From Candidatus Saccharimonadia bacterium (GTDB lineage Bacteria; Patescibacteriota; Saccharimonadia; UBA4664): DNA of 64,000 nucleotides. The notes under the pieces were generated by a model that was given only the letters and a program-made list of their open reading frames with translations, did not search any database and was not told where the DNA came from. Location of the stretch: the NCBI GenBank assembly GCA_035544015.1, contig DATKIP010000012.1:29049-93048 (forward strand). Direction: 5' to 3'. This document shows positions 11,830 through 21,183 of this stretch, piece by piece. Each line of letters starts with the position of its first letter. Positions within the stretch are counted from its first letter, which is position 1. The translations under genes were made by a program, and so were the position numbers.

Positions 11830-13179
11830 ATGAACGAACAAACACTAGCTCCATTGAAAGACCGTATCAAAGGCCAGGTTGTCCTGCCCACCTCCCCCCA
11901 ATACGCCCAGCTGCGTCGCGGCTTCAATCACACCGGCAGCCCAGCCGTTATTGTCCAATGTGCCAGCGATGAAGATGTCGCTAGCGCTATTAAATTTGCC
12001 CGCGACCACACCCTCACCTTATCTGTGCGCTGCGGCGGCCACAGCTTCAGCGGACTCTCCACCAACAACGGCGGCCTCGTCATCGACCTCTCGCCGCTCA
12101 GCCAAATAGAAATCCTCGATCCGCGACAACACCTAGTCCGCATCGGCGGCGGCGCCAAATGGGGCGCGGTAGCCGCCGAGCTCGGCACTCGCGGCCTCGG
12201 CCTCTCGTCCGGCGACACCAATTCCGTCGGCGTCGGGGGCCTCACGCTCGGCGGCGGCATCGGCTGGCTAGTCCGCAAATACGGCCTGGCCATCGACAGC
12301 CTCGAAGCCGCCCAAATCGTCACCGCCGACGGCCGCAGCTTGCGCGTCAGCGCCACCGAGTACCCCGATTTGTTTTGGGCCATCCGCGGCGGTGGCGGCA
12401 ATTTTGGCGTCGTCACGTCGTTCGACTTCCGCGCCCACCCACTCATCACCATCGTCGGCGGCCTGGCCACCTACCCCGTCGCCGAAATGAAACAAGTATT
12501 GCAAGGCTGGGCCGCCTACCTGCGCATCGCCCCCGAAGAGCTCAATTCCACCCTCACCATCATGCCCGGCTTCGGCCCCCAAATGCCACCCCAGATCATG
12601 CTCGGCATCTGCTACGGCGGTGAAGACGAAGCTGGGGCCAACCACGCCATCAAGCCCCTCCTCGAACTTGGCACGCTCCAGCACCAAACCATCCAAAAGA
12701 AGCCGTATCACGAGATGCTCGAGGACGCCAAGCCGCCGTCGGCGGATTTCAGAGCTACCACCCAAGACGGCTTCATCAAAACCCTCAGCGACGATGTCAT
12801 AGCAGTCATCGCCGCCGCCTACGGCAAGCCGGGCACCCCCATTGTGCAAATCCGCAGCCTCGATGGCGCCGTTGCCCGGGTCAGCCCCGAAGCCACAGCC
12901 TTTGCCCATCGCGAGTACGAGGCATTCATCATGGCAGCGTCACTCGTACCCACCGCCACCACCGACGCCGAGGCCCGACGTATCAGCCAAGCCGCCTGGC
13001 TCCCCCTACAGCCCTTCGCCCACGGCGCCTACATTAATTTCCAAACCGCAGTCGACACCGCCAGCGTAGCCGCCGCCTATCCGCCCGCCACCTACGCTCG
13101 CCTGGCCACCGTCAAAGCCGCGTACGATCCCGAGAACCTCTTCAATCAAAACGCCAACATCAAACCGGCGGCGGCTTAA
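11830..13179 (+). CDS. FAD-linked oxidoreductase, BBE/VAO family (FAD_binding_4 plus C-terminal BBE domain)
   Basis: VRCGGHSFSGLS...GGLVIDLS, GGGNFGVVTSFDF, and C-terminal AYINFQ...YDPENLF are hallmarks of berberine-bridge-enzyme-like flavoproteins. Confidence 0.8.
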   Translation: MNEQTLAPLKDRIKGQVVLPTSPQYAQLRRGFNHTGSPAVIVQCASDEDVASAIKFARDHTLTLSVRCGGHSFSGLSTNNGGLVIDLSPLSQIEILDPRQHLVRIGGGAKWGAVAAELGTRGLGLSSGDTNSVGVGGLTLGGGIGWLVRKYGLAIDSLEAAQIVTADGRSLRVSATEYPDLFWAIRGGGGNFGVVTSFDFRAHPLITIVGGLATYPVAEMKQVLQGWAAYLRIAPEELNSTLTIMPGFGPQMPPQIMLGICYGGEDEAGANHAIKPLLELGTLQHQTIQKKPYHEMLEDAKPPSADFRATTQDGFIKTLSDDVIAVIAAAYGKPGTPIVQIRSLDGAVARVSPEATAFAHREYEAFIMAASLVPTATTDAEARRISQAAWLPLQPFAHGAYINFQTAVDTASVAAAYPPATYARLATVKAAYDPENLFNQNANIKPAAA

Positions 13180-13814
13180 ACCTCGGTCGTCGTCCCGTTC
13201 TCCACCACCCGCAGCTCGATGCTCGCCGGGTCCGTAAACCGCTTCACAATCGCCACATTCATCTGCGGTATCGCCAGCACCGCGTCGTGCACCGGAATCG
13301 CCACCAGCGGCTTCACCGCCATCACGTAGTCAATAACCTCACTCACCTTCAGCCAGGGCGCCCCAAACGGCAGCGCCAACACCTCCACCGGGTCTCCGGG
13401 CTGAGTAAAATTGTCACCCGGGTAGAAAAACCGCGCCGCTATCATATAGCCCACATTCTCAATTCCCGGAATCGTCGGGTGGATCACCGCATGGTCGCTC
13501 CCAAACACCTTCACCTTCACGCCCGCCACGTCAAATTCTTCCCCGGCGTGCACCGGCTTCACGTCCACATCTCCGCGGCCGGCCATTACCTCCACCGTCC
13601 CCTCATCCGCGTACACCGCGATCCCCGGATTATTTTGCCGAATCTTAGCCAACGCTTCCGGCGTCACATGATCCGCATGCTGATGCGTTACAAGCACCGC
13701 ATCAAGCTCACGCAGGCCTTCGAATCCCTGCGAGTATGCCCCCGGGTCGATCAAAATCTGGGCCTCCCCTTCTTCCACCACTAAACAAGCGTGACCCAAT
13801 TTCGTAATCTTCAT
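13176..13814 (-). CDS. MBL-fold metallo-hydrolase
   Basis: MKITKLGHACLVVE...LVTHQHADHV (HxHxDH). Start taken at MKITK rather than the upstream GTG. Its stop codon shares a TTAA with the convergent upstream gene. Confidence 0.75.
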   Translation of the reverse strand: MKITKLGHACLVVEEGEAQILIDPGAYSQGFEGLRELDAVLVTHQHADHVTPEALAKIRQNNPGIAVYADEGTVEVMAGRGDVDVKPVHAGEEFDVAGVKVKVFGSDHAVIHPTIPGIENVGYMIAARFFYPGDNFTQPGDPVEVLALPFGAPWLKVSEVIDYVMAVKPLVAIPVHDAVLAIPQMNVAIVKRFTDPASIELRVVENGTTTEV

Positions 13815-15170
13815 GGCGTGGCTCCTTCTAGCCCAAATTGTCCCTCCTCCGCTCCGACCGCGCAAGCATTCCAAAAATGTCTAAGGCATATTATAGTAGC
13901 CCGGTCCCGAAGTTCGAACCCGCCTTCGAAGGCCTGGTGCCCGTTGAATCCACATGTCCGCAACCTCCGCCTGCTCCAAAAGATCCGCGGCCTGAACTCC
14001 GTCAGCCCGTTCGTTGGCTACGCCGTCCCGTGGCTCAGGCAAAATCAGCTCAGCCTCAGCCAAATCACGGCCCTCCAAGCCATCGCCGGGCTCGCGGCCG
14101 CGCTCACGCTCGTTCCCACCGGCTACTTCGCCGACACCTTCGGCCGGCAACGCAGCATCATCATCGGCGGCCTGAGCTGCCTCATGGGATTCGTGCTCTA
14201 TGCCGCCGGCGGCGGCTTCGCGGTCTTCGTGGCGGCCCAGATCCTCATTGCCATCGGAGCCGCCTTCATCAGCGGCGCCGACGACTCGCTGGCCAACGAC
14301 AGCCTCGAAGCCTCCGGCCATGCCGCTCAAGCCGAGGACGCCTATCACCGTTATCAAAGCACTTTGATGGGCATCGAGGGCGGCGTGGAAGCCATCGGTG
14401 CCCTCACCGCCTTTGGCCTCGTGTACTTCGTCCATGCCGACCTGCGCACACCCATGGTCCTGCAGGTTCTCGTATATGCCTGGTTGACCGCCGAGGCCTT
14501 CCGGCTACACGAAGAACCGCCTCGGGCCCGTAGGTCGACAGCCGGCTGGAGCGACCTGCGCGCCACCCTCGCCGAATGCTGGAACAACCGCGCACTCTGG
14601 TGGCAATTGTGGTTTGCCATGGCCATCGGCAGCGCCACCCACACCATGGTGTGGCTCACTCAGCCATACTTCGGGGCAGCCCACATCGGCGCGGTGTGGT
14701 CGGGTCTGCTATGGGCGGGGCTCCTGGCATCACTCGAACCCTCTCGGCGTCTGGCCGAACGCCGGCGCCGGCGCGACCAGCTCACAAGCCCCGCCAAGCC
14801 GGGGCTATGGCGCGATTGCCGAGATCTCGTGGTCATCACCACCGCCACCTACGCGCTCCTGTCGGTGCTCGCCCCGTCACCACTCACCATTGCGCTAATC
14901 CTGGCGTTTTACTACGTCCGGGCCGCTCAGTACCCGCTCAACGCCGACCGCATCCGGCGCCTCGTCCGACCCGACCGGCTGGCCACGTTTTCGTCCGTGC
15001 GCACCATGGGCGAAAATCTCGTCTACGCCGCCCTCGTCTGGCCACTCGGAATCATCGCCGACCGCTCGTTACTCGGCGCCCTGTGCGTTTCCGGTGTGGC
15101 CTACCTCGTCCTGGCCGGCCTCGGCGTCCTCATGCTACGCCGATACCTGCTGCACCCAGCTCAGCCCTGA
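13791..15170 (+). CDS. MFS transporter (true start uncertain, probably downstream of 13791)
   Basis: MFS motif A region GLAAALTLVPTGYFADTFGRQRSIIIGG followed by about 10 further TM helices. The first TM is not clearly encoded downstream of a canonical start. High GC3. Confidence 0.65.
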   Translation: MTQFRNLHGVAPSSPNCPSSAPTAQAFQKCLRHIIVARSRSSNPPSKAWCPLNPHVRNLRLLQKIRGLNSVSPFVGYAVPWLRQNQLSLSQITALQAIAGLAAALTLVPTGYFADTFGRQRSIIIGGLSCLMGFVLYAAGGGFAVFVAAQILIAIGAAFISGADDSLANDSLEASGHAAQAEDAYHRYQSTLMGIEGGVEAIGALTAFGLVYFVHADLRTPMVLQVLVYAWLTAEAFRLHEEPPRARRSTAGWSDLRATLAECWNNRALWWQLWFAMAIGSATHTMVWLTQPYFGAAHIGAVWSGLLWAGLLASLEPSRRLAERRRRRDQLTSPAKPGLWRDCRDLVVITTATYALLSVLAPSPLTIALILAFYYVRAAQYPLNADRIRRLVRPDRLATFSSVRTMGENLVYAALVWPLGIIADRSLLGALCVSGVAYLVLAGLGVLMLRRYLLHPAQP

Positions 15171-15181
15171 CCCGTCCGTCC

Positions 15182-15220
15182 GGTCCGGCCGTCGTCATGA
15201 CGGCCGGACCCCTTTCAATC
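15182..15220 (+). terminator. Terminator hairpin after the MFS gene
   Basis: Perfect 12-bp stem ggtccggccgtc/gacggccggacc with loop gtcat, 12 nt after the TGA, followed by ccTTTcaaTccc. Confidence 0.55.
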
Positions 15221-15365
15221 CCACCCCAAAAACGAAACACGCCCACTTGGTTAAACCAAATGGGCAGGCAGACATCAGACGCGGACTTGCCGCCCAACCC
15301 CTGGCGGCGGACAGTGTTCCTGCCCGCCGCCACACCAGGCGGTACCGAAGCAATGGAGACAAACG

Positions 15366-15773
15366 TCAGACGGGAGGTAAAGGCGTAGGCCACGCGGGGC
15401 CTTTCTCGATACCCCGGGAACCGGGCGCCAGAACACCAGCCGAAAGAAGCTGGATCACCACCGGCATGACCTCCCCCTGGAGCCGCTCGAGATCGCTGAG
15501 CTGGCATTGCAGGGAACGAAGCTCGTCCTTGGCATCCAGATAGCCCGGCGCCGTCCGGTAAATGATGGCTTCTGCCATCGTTACCCTGCTTCGCAGTGAG
15601 CAGTCATCGAGCAACCGCCTGATGCGATCCGCCAGCTCCTCGCGACCCGTCGCCGGACCATTGAGTGCGCTGCACACGGCTGCCCACAGGTTCGCCGGCA
15701 GGCTCACCTTTTCCGGCTGAGCCGGGACTGACTCTGCACCAACGAAGGCCCGATGTGGCTCGACCATCGTCAT
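15366..15773 (-). CDS. Hypothetical protein (135 aa)
   Basis: ORF only, no recognisable motif. Codon usage moderately coding-like. Confidence 0.35.
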   Translation of the reverse strand: MTMVEPHRAFVGAESVPAQPEKVSLPANLWAAVCSALNGPATGREELADRIRRLLDDCSLRSRVTMAEAIIYRTAPGYLDAKDELRSLQCQLSDLERLQGEVMPVVIQLLSAGVLAPGSRGIEKGPAWPTPLPPV

Positions 15774-16034
15774 GCAATCACGCCCTTTCGGACTAGGTCC
15801 CGAAATTCTCGGGAGACTTTGAGAGTACTGGGACGCCCCTGACGTCCTTGGAATATTATCGTACGCCGGTTATGCCTTTTCGTCAATATTCACAAAAATT
15901 CCAACCCCGCATCACCTAAGAACCAGATTCTCGTTCATAAAATCGCCCAATGACTTTTATGCCACCACATCACTTGCTCGCATCACCAAATTATGCTTAA
16001 ATATTGAAGTTAATCGTACCATCATTGCCCTCGC

Positions 16035-16111
16035 GGGCTTGTAGCTCAGCTGGTTAGAGCGCGTCACTGATAATGACGAGGTCGCAGGTTCGAGTCCTGC
16101 CAAGCCCACCA
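16035..16111 (+). tRNA. tRNA-Ile (anticodon GAT)
   Basis: gggcttgtagctcagctggttagagcgcgtcactGATaatgacgaggtcgcaggttcgagtcctgccaagcccaCCA. Cloverleaf with 7-bp acceptor stem and T-loop GGTTCGAGTCC. Confidence 0.95.
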
Positions 16112-16133
16112 TGCAATTTTAATTTTCCCTATT

Positions 16134-16255
16134 ACGAACTGGCGCCTAGTGGGTAGTGCAAGGAGAGGCGAGCACCGGAGTGAAACGTACTCAGCCGTAC
16201 GTTGAGCGAGGAGCGCAAGACTCGACACCGCAATACGCGCTAGGCGCCAGTTCGT
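16134..16255. repeat. Perfect 16-bp inverted repeat (acgaactggcgcctag / ctaggcgccagttcgt) enclosing a 90-nt GC-rich element between tRNA-Ile and tRNA-Ala
   Basis: Directly visible. TTCCCT occurs on both flanks (16124-16129 and 16256-16261). Confidence 0.6.
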
Positions 16256-16260
16256 TTCCC

Positions 16261-16336
16261 TGGGGCATTAGCTCATTTGGTAGAGCGCCTGCTTTGCAAG
16301 CAGGAGGTGGCCGGTTCGAGCCCGGCATGCTCCACC
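16261..16336 (+). tRNA. tRNA-Ala (anticodon TGC)
   Basis: ggggcattagctcatttggtagagcgcctgcttTGCaagcaggaggtggccggttcgagcccggcatgctccaCCA, with the G3:U70 Ala identity pair. Confidence 0.95.
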
Positions 16337-16409
16337 AAGGATTTATCAACAAAAACGGCTTCCAGGAGCCGTTTTTAAGTTGCTTGCCCCAACGTAGTAT
16401 ACTTTTGTC

Positions 16410-16649
16410 ATGAACCGGAAGCTTATCGAATTTGCTGGCTGGTATGGCACCGTCGCCATTGTACTGGCTTACGCGTTGGTAAGTTTCAAGATAGTTGCAG
16501 CAGACAGTGCACTCTATCAGTTGCTGAATCTAACCGGAGCGGCTGGAATAATCGCAATTTCGGCGCTAAAAGGAGTCAAGCAATCTGTTGTCTTAAATGG
16601 GTTTTGGGCAGCAATTGCTCTCGTTGCACTTGCCCGTATCGTTTTGTAG
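16410..16649 (+). CDS. Small membrane protein (79 aa, 2-3 TM)
   Basis: Hydrophobic ORF immediately downstream of tRNA-Ala, in the lower-GC segment. Confidence 0.45.
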   Translation: MNRKLIEFAGWYGTVAIVLAYALVSFKIVAADSALYQLLNLTGAAGIIAISALKGVKQSVVLNGFWAAIALVALARIVL

Positions 16650-16711
16650 CAGGTAAATTAACCGCGGACAGCCCTCCTCAGCTCATCTCCGGACACGCAG
16701 CTCTCTCATGG

Positions 16712-16996
16712 ATGAAATATCAAATGATAGATCTGCCAATCTGCTTGCTCGAGCTACTCGGCGTTCCGGCCGCCGCCTGGATATTGGGCGGAAACCCCCT
16801 GCGATGGCCGATCATGATAGTCTTTGCAGTCATCGGGATAAGCGGCGGGCTGGCGCTCATCGCTATTGGGATTGGCATGGCTAGAGCAATCAGGGCCGAG
16901 TCAAAAGCAGGGTACACGACATTATTTGACCCACGAAAGAAGCATTTATGGCAACTCGATCCACAGACGGGCGCCGCGATTAGCAAACCCCTATGA
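16712..16996 (+). CDS. Small membrane protein (start placed at internal Met MKYQ; the ORF track starts at 16604)
   Basis: Two TM helices (LPICLLELLGVPAAAWILGG; IMIVFAVIGISGGLALIAIGIGMA). The upstream part of the ORF overlaps the previous gene. Confidence 0.4.
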   Translation: MKYQMIDLPICLLELLGVPAAAWILGGNPLRWPIMIVFAVIGISGGLALIAIGIGMARAIRAESKAGYTTLFDPRKKHLWQLDPQTGAAISKPL

Positions 16997-17400
16997 GCAG
17001 CTCCTCTTCCACTCCCCGCAAAGTCATATTGTCCGCCTACCGGATGTTCAATCGAACCGGATGGGTGATGCTGTTAGCGTATTTAAGTGGAGTCACACTC
17101 CTGCCGACCGGCGATAGAGGTTCTTCAGTGTGGATTTACGGCCTAAGTTTTCTAGGTGCGGCCGGACTCGTCCGAACCATTGACGAATACCAGCACCCTC
17201 AGCCGCTTGACCCGCGAACGCTCCTTCATCGATCAGTCTTCTTGAAGCGGCTAATCACCGCCCTCATCATCTTTACGCTCGGACCCTGGCTCTTCTTCAA
17301 ATGGAACCACCTACCAGCCGAATTACCCTGGCTCGCCTTGCTCTGGGGAGCGGCGGCCCTGGTTGGCCTTCTACGGTCAACTGTCCGCACGCGGAAATGA
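16993..17400 (+). CDS. Membrane protein (135 aa)
   Basis: 3-4 TM helices. Start overlaps the previous stop (ATGA). Confidence 0.45.
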   Translation: MSSSSSTPRKVILSAYRMFNRTGWVMLLAYLSGVTLLPTGDRGSSVWIYGLSFLGAAGLVRTIDEYQHPQPLDPRTLLHRSVFLKRLITALIIFTLGPWLFFKWNHLPAELPWLALLWGAAALVGLLRSTVRTRK

Positions 17401-17515
17401 GCTTAGGACTAATCGTCAATTTGACGAATAAGCTTCCCTTGTATTTGAATCTTTGATTAACCAGTCACAAGGCTCTCATCTGATATAATCCTCGTACGAA
17501 TGAAAGCTATGTCGC

Positions 17516-18652
17516 ATGCCCGAAGGGATAGGTCCATCACCCGAATTTGACGCTAGTGAGGCACGGGAACTGGGACTCTCCAACTCTGAATGGATGCGCG
17601 CGCGTTGGACCGGCGAACTACCCGCAAATGCAGAGGCCATCCTGCACAAGCGCTTTATAGATCAAACGACTCCACGAGAACCAAGGCACTCGGATACTGA
17701 AGCGCCCACGGCGCAAGTGGAATTCACCGATTTCAATGCCTATAAGTCTTGGTCCATGAGTCAATTAACAGCAATTGGGCAAAATCAAGCAAGCGAGCCG
17801 ACAGCTGGAGCTGAATATGGTGCCACGCTTCACCAGGCTAGTACGTGGGCAAAGGCCTCAAAGCCATTCAGCCTTGAGATTATGGGAAATCCAGATATAG
17901 CAGGGGCGGCTCAAACCGCAGTAAGGGACATAGAGGCACGCCTAGATAATGAGGCGTCCGAACCTGATGCGGTAGCGAATTTAATAGATGCCGAGGCATT
18001 CGTATTGGATGCCGCAATGCAGCCCGACAGCCCTATCCGTACAAGGCTCAAGTCGGTGGCTGCCATGGGGAATGTCGAGCTCCTTGGCAAACTCATCGGA
18101 CGCGATACGCCGGCTGGGAATTTGGCCACCTACGCATTCATAAGCGACTATCCCGGCTCAACAGCAAGCCCAGTGAAGGCATTCGAGGCTGTTCAATCAA
18201 TAGTATTACCCTTGGCGCAAAGAATTAAGACAACTATCGAGCGAGGTGGCCTTGAAGCGGGCTCCCTCGAGCTACGCTGTCTCAACTCGATAGCAGGCGA
18301 CGCGAACGCCCAGCCGGAAGTACGCGAGCATCTGGAAGCGATTGGGTATGATAGCGCTGTCGCTGTCGCCCAGGTAGTATCTGGGTTGAGCCACGAAACC
18401 GAGAAAATTGAGGGTGGCTACCCATCTCATGGCTTGGCTCGAGAGATTCTCGAAACCATTAGTGACTTGTACGCCTTAGGTGGCGCCCCGGGTCCAAAAG
18501 AAATACCGGCGGAACTGCAGGCTTTTCTAAGGAGGCTATACCGGGAAAAGGTTACCAAATATAGTACAACGAATCAGTTAAATTCCTTGCACAATAGCTT
18601 TTTGAAGCTAGCTGACGAATTGGGTATAGATAAAGATGCCATTATCAACTGA
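17516..18652 (+). CDS. Hypothetical cytoplasmic protein (378 aa)
   Basis: Long ORF with about 52 percent GC, noticeably lower than its flanks. No recognisable motif. Confidence 0.55.
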   Translation: MPEGIGPSPEFDASEARELGLSNSEWMRARWTGELPANAEAILHKRFIDQTTPREPRHSDTEAPTAQVEFTDFNAYKSWSMSQLTAIGQNQASEPTAGAEYGATLHQASTWAKASKPFSLEIMGNPDIAGAAQTAVRDIEARLDNEASEPDAVANLIDAEAFVLDAAMQPDSPIRTRLKSVAAMGNVELLGKLIGRDTPAGNLATYAFISDYPGSTASPVKAFEAVQSIVLPLAQRIKTTIERGGLEAGSLELRCLNSIAGDANAQPEVREHLEAIGYDSAVAVAQVVSGLSHETEKIEGGYPSHGLAREILETISDLYALGGAPGPKEIPAELQAFLRRLYREKVTKYSTTNQLNSLHNSFLKLADELGIDKDAIIN

Positions 18653-18697
18653 GGACGCGATCGCAGCTAGAGCCCGCCTATCCGCTATACTAGCGGT

Positions 18698-19558
18698 ATG
18701 ATCCTGCCCCTCTCCATAGCCCTTGGGCTCATCTCCATGCTCGCCTACGGATTTGCCAATGCATATTCACAACCCCTTTCGAAGAGCCTCGGAGCCGCCC
18801 AAACACTGTTTTTGCGCGGCTTAACCATTGTCGCAATTTTGACGATTGCGGCTCTCCCAAGCCTTATGCAACCTCACAGCTGGGTTGTAATGCTCGCCAC
18901 CGTCGCCCTCGGAGTAGCCGGGTACCTCCCGGTATTAGCCTTCACTCACGGCATCAAGATCAGCCGTCTCGGCATCGTCGCCCCCATTGCCGGCACCTCG
19001 CCACTCATCACCGTCTTGCTCGCGTACATATTTCTCCATACCAGTATTCACACCCTCCAATGGGTGGCGATTGTAGTCATCATCGTAGCCAATGTCGCCG
19101 TCTCAGTGGATTTCAAAAACTGGCGGCAATCCAACCTGCTCCAACGCTCCAGCGGCATCCCCTACGCTCTCATTGCCACCGTCGGCTGGGGGCTGTTCTA
19201 TTTCTTTCTCGTGTCCGTCACCACAACCCTCGGTCCCTGGCTATCGGCCTTGCTGGTGGAAATCGGCGTCACCGTAGCCGCCGGCGTCCATCTCTGGCTG
19301 TCGCGCCGCCCCATCCCGCTGCGCGACGCTCTCCGGACTCCGGTAATCCTCAACGCGGCGTTAATTTGCACCGGCACCGTCGCCTTCACCCTCGGCGTCC
19401 GCTACTTCAACGTTGGCATCGTGGCCGCCCTCAGCAACTCCACGGCGCTCATTTCGGCCCTGCTCGGTTCATTCATGTTCCACGAGCGCCTCACTCGGCT
19501 AGAGAAGGGCGCGGCTGCAGCCATGATAGTAGGCGTAGCCATCATCGCCCTGGCCTAA
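18698..19558 (+). CDS. DMT-superfamily (EamA-like) transporter
   Basis: 286 aa with about 10 TM helices and a duplicated 5-TM architecture. Confidence 0.7.
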   Translation: MILPLSIALGLISMLAYGFANAYSQPLSKSLGAAQTLFLRGLTIVAILTIAALPSLMQPHSWVVMLATVALGVAGYLPVLAFTHGIKISRLGIVAPIAGTSPLITVLLAYIFLHTSIHTLQWVAIVVIIVANVAVSVDFKNWRQSNLLQRSSGIPYALIATVGWGLFYFFLVSVTTTLGPWLSALLVEIGVTVAAGVHLWLSRRPIPLRDALRTPVILNAALICTGTVAFTLGVRYFNVGIVAALSNSTALISALLGSFMFHERLTRLEKGAAAAMIVGVAIIALA

Positions 19559-19708
19559 CATTTGCCGAACCTTCAACATGCTATAACTAATTTGTGGGAC
19601 ACGCGAAGCACCTATTCGCGTACCAAGAACCGCCCTCGAACCGCTCCGAAGGGAGCCCAATGCCCAGGTCCACCCGCCCCCTACTAGCAAGCAAGGCTTG
19701 CCGTAACG

Positions 19709-20770
19709 GTGGCAGCCGCCGGCCTCCTCGCCGGCTGCAGCACCACCACGATTCCGCCGGACGACAACAACGCTTGCCCGGCGCCAGCAGCCCTCGCCGC
19801 GCCATGGAAGGTATCCGCACCTCCCTCTGGCGTCGGCCACAATGTCAAGACGGTCGGGATCGGCACGTACTTCGTGAAGCAGACCAGCCAGGAAATCACC
19901 AAGCGGCTGGATCTTCTCGCACGCGAGCACATCACCGAAGTCAGGTTCGATGTGCCGTGGTACCTCATCGAGACCAGCAGCTGCCGCTACGACTGGAGCG
20001 ACCTCGACCTCGCCATGCGGGGTCTGGCCGAGCACAACATCAGCGCCCTGCTACTCGTGGCCTACGCGCCGAGCTGGGAAACCGGCGATCCCGCGTGCAG
20101 CCGTCGCGCCAAAAACCCGCATTGCGCTCCAGGCAAGCCAGGCCACGCCGGCCAAAACCAAGGCGCCGCCGACTTCGGCCGCTTCGTCGGCGCTCTGTGG
20201 TCACGATACAAGAACTTCTCGCCCAAGCTTCAGCTCTGGAACGAAGCGCAGCGAAAGATCGGCCCAGCGCTCTACGCCAACATGCTTCGGGAGGCCCGCA
20301 AGCAGGCTCGGAACGCCTATCTCGTATACGGAGCCGATTTTCCTCCCCAAGCCAGCAACGACCCCAATCGTCCCGACCGGTACCTGGCAGCCGTCGACCA
20401 AGCCGGGGGCAAGGGCACCTATGACGCCGTATCGGTACATCCCTACACCACCCCGAACCTGCCGCGCCAGGGACGCAGCGGCAACAACGGCTGGGGCCAG
20501 ATGTACCTCGTCCGCGACTACCTGGTAAGCCAAGGTGGAGCAGACATTCCGATCTTCATCACCGAGATCGGCAGCGACCAGACCCCTAAGCAGGCCCCCA
20601 TCCTACGAGCCGCCATGAACCTGCTCGCCACTCCGGAGCACAACTACATTACAGCCCTCTACTGGTACGCGCTCACCGACGACCCACCGAGCGCCTTCGG
20701 CATTTTCACGGCACGCAAGGAGCCCAAACCCGTCGCCGCCGTAATCGCCGACTACAACCACCCCGCCTGA
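19709..20770 (+). CDS. Glycoside hydrolase, GH5-like (possible lipoprotein)
   Basis: GTG start followed by LLAGC (lipobox-like). TEVRFDVPWYLIE, a LQLWNEAQ (NE catalytic acid-like) motif, and later conserved aromatic/acidic residues (FITEIGS). Confidence 0.6.
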   Translation: MAAAGLLAGCSTTTIPPDDNNACPAPAALAAPWKVSAPPSGVGHNVKTVGIGTYFVKQTSQEITKRLDLLAREHITEVRFDVPWYLIETSSCRYDWSDLDLAMRGLAEHNISALLLVAYAPSWETGDPACSRRAKNPHCAPGKPGHAGQNQGAADFGRFVGALWSRYKNFSPKLQLWNEAQRKIGPALYANMLREARKQARNAYLVYGADFPPQASNDPNRPDRYLAAVDQAGGKGTYDAVSVHPYTTPNLPRQGRSGNNGWGQMYLVRDYLVSQGGADIPIFITEIGSDQTPKQAPILRAAMNLLATPEHNYITALYWYALTDDPPSAFGIFTARKEPKPVAAVIADYNHPA

Positions 20771-20940
20771 CAAGATAACCCCGCTAGGCGGCCAGGAGCG
20801 GTCGGATCTCCAGCACAAAGATCCGACCGCTCCCACAAGCACCCTATCCACCGATCAAACCTTGCGCTCATCCCAAAAAAGCAACACAATAGTATTTCCC
20901 GCTCACCCGAGTGGGGCTCCTTTCGGAGCACAGTTCGCAC

Positions 20941-21117
20941 AGAGGAGACCGTGGCTGTGAATGCCAAAAAAGCACTCACTTGGATCGGTATCGCTTTCGT
21001 GGTGTTTTTCGTCCTCAGCTCGCCCAATGACGCCGGCGGCGTAATCAACTCCGCGTTCCAGGGCATCGAGACGGCGGCCAACGAGCTGGCCAGCTTCGTC
21101 AAGTCGATCGCCGGCTA
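20941..21117 (+). CDS. Small membrane protein (58 aa)
   Basis: GTG start 7 nt after AGGAG. VAVNAKKALTWIGIAFVVFFVLSS... Below the ORF-track size cutoff. Confidence 0.3.
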
Positions 21118-21145
21118 ACGCCACCACCACGCCGCCTCTCTTACC

Positions 21146-21180
21146 GCCAGCCGATCCGGGCCCACTCCGGATCGGCTGGC
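21146..21180. terminator. Bidirectional terminator-like hairpin between convergent genes
   Basis: Perfect 14-bp stem gccagccgatccgg/ccggatcggctggc with loop gcccact. No clear U-tract. Confidence 0.4.
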
Positions 21181-21183
21181 CCC

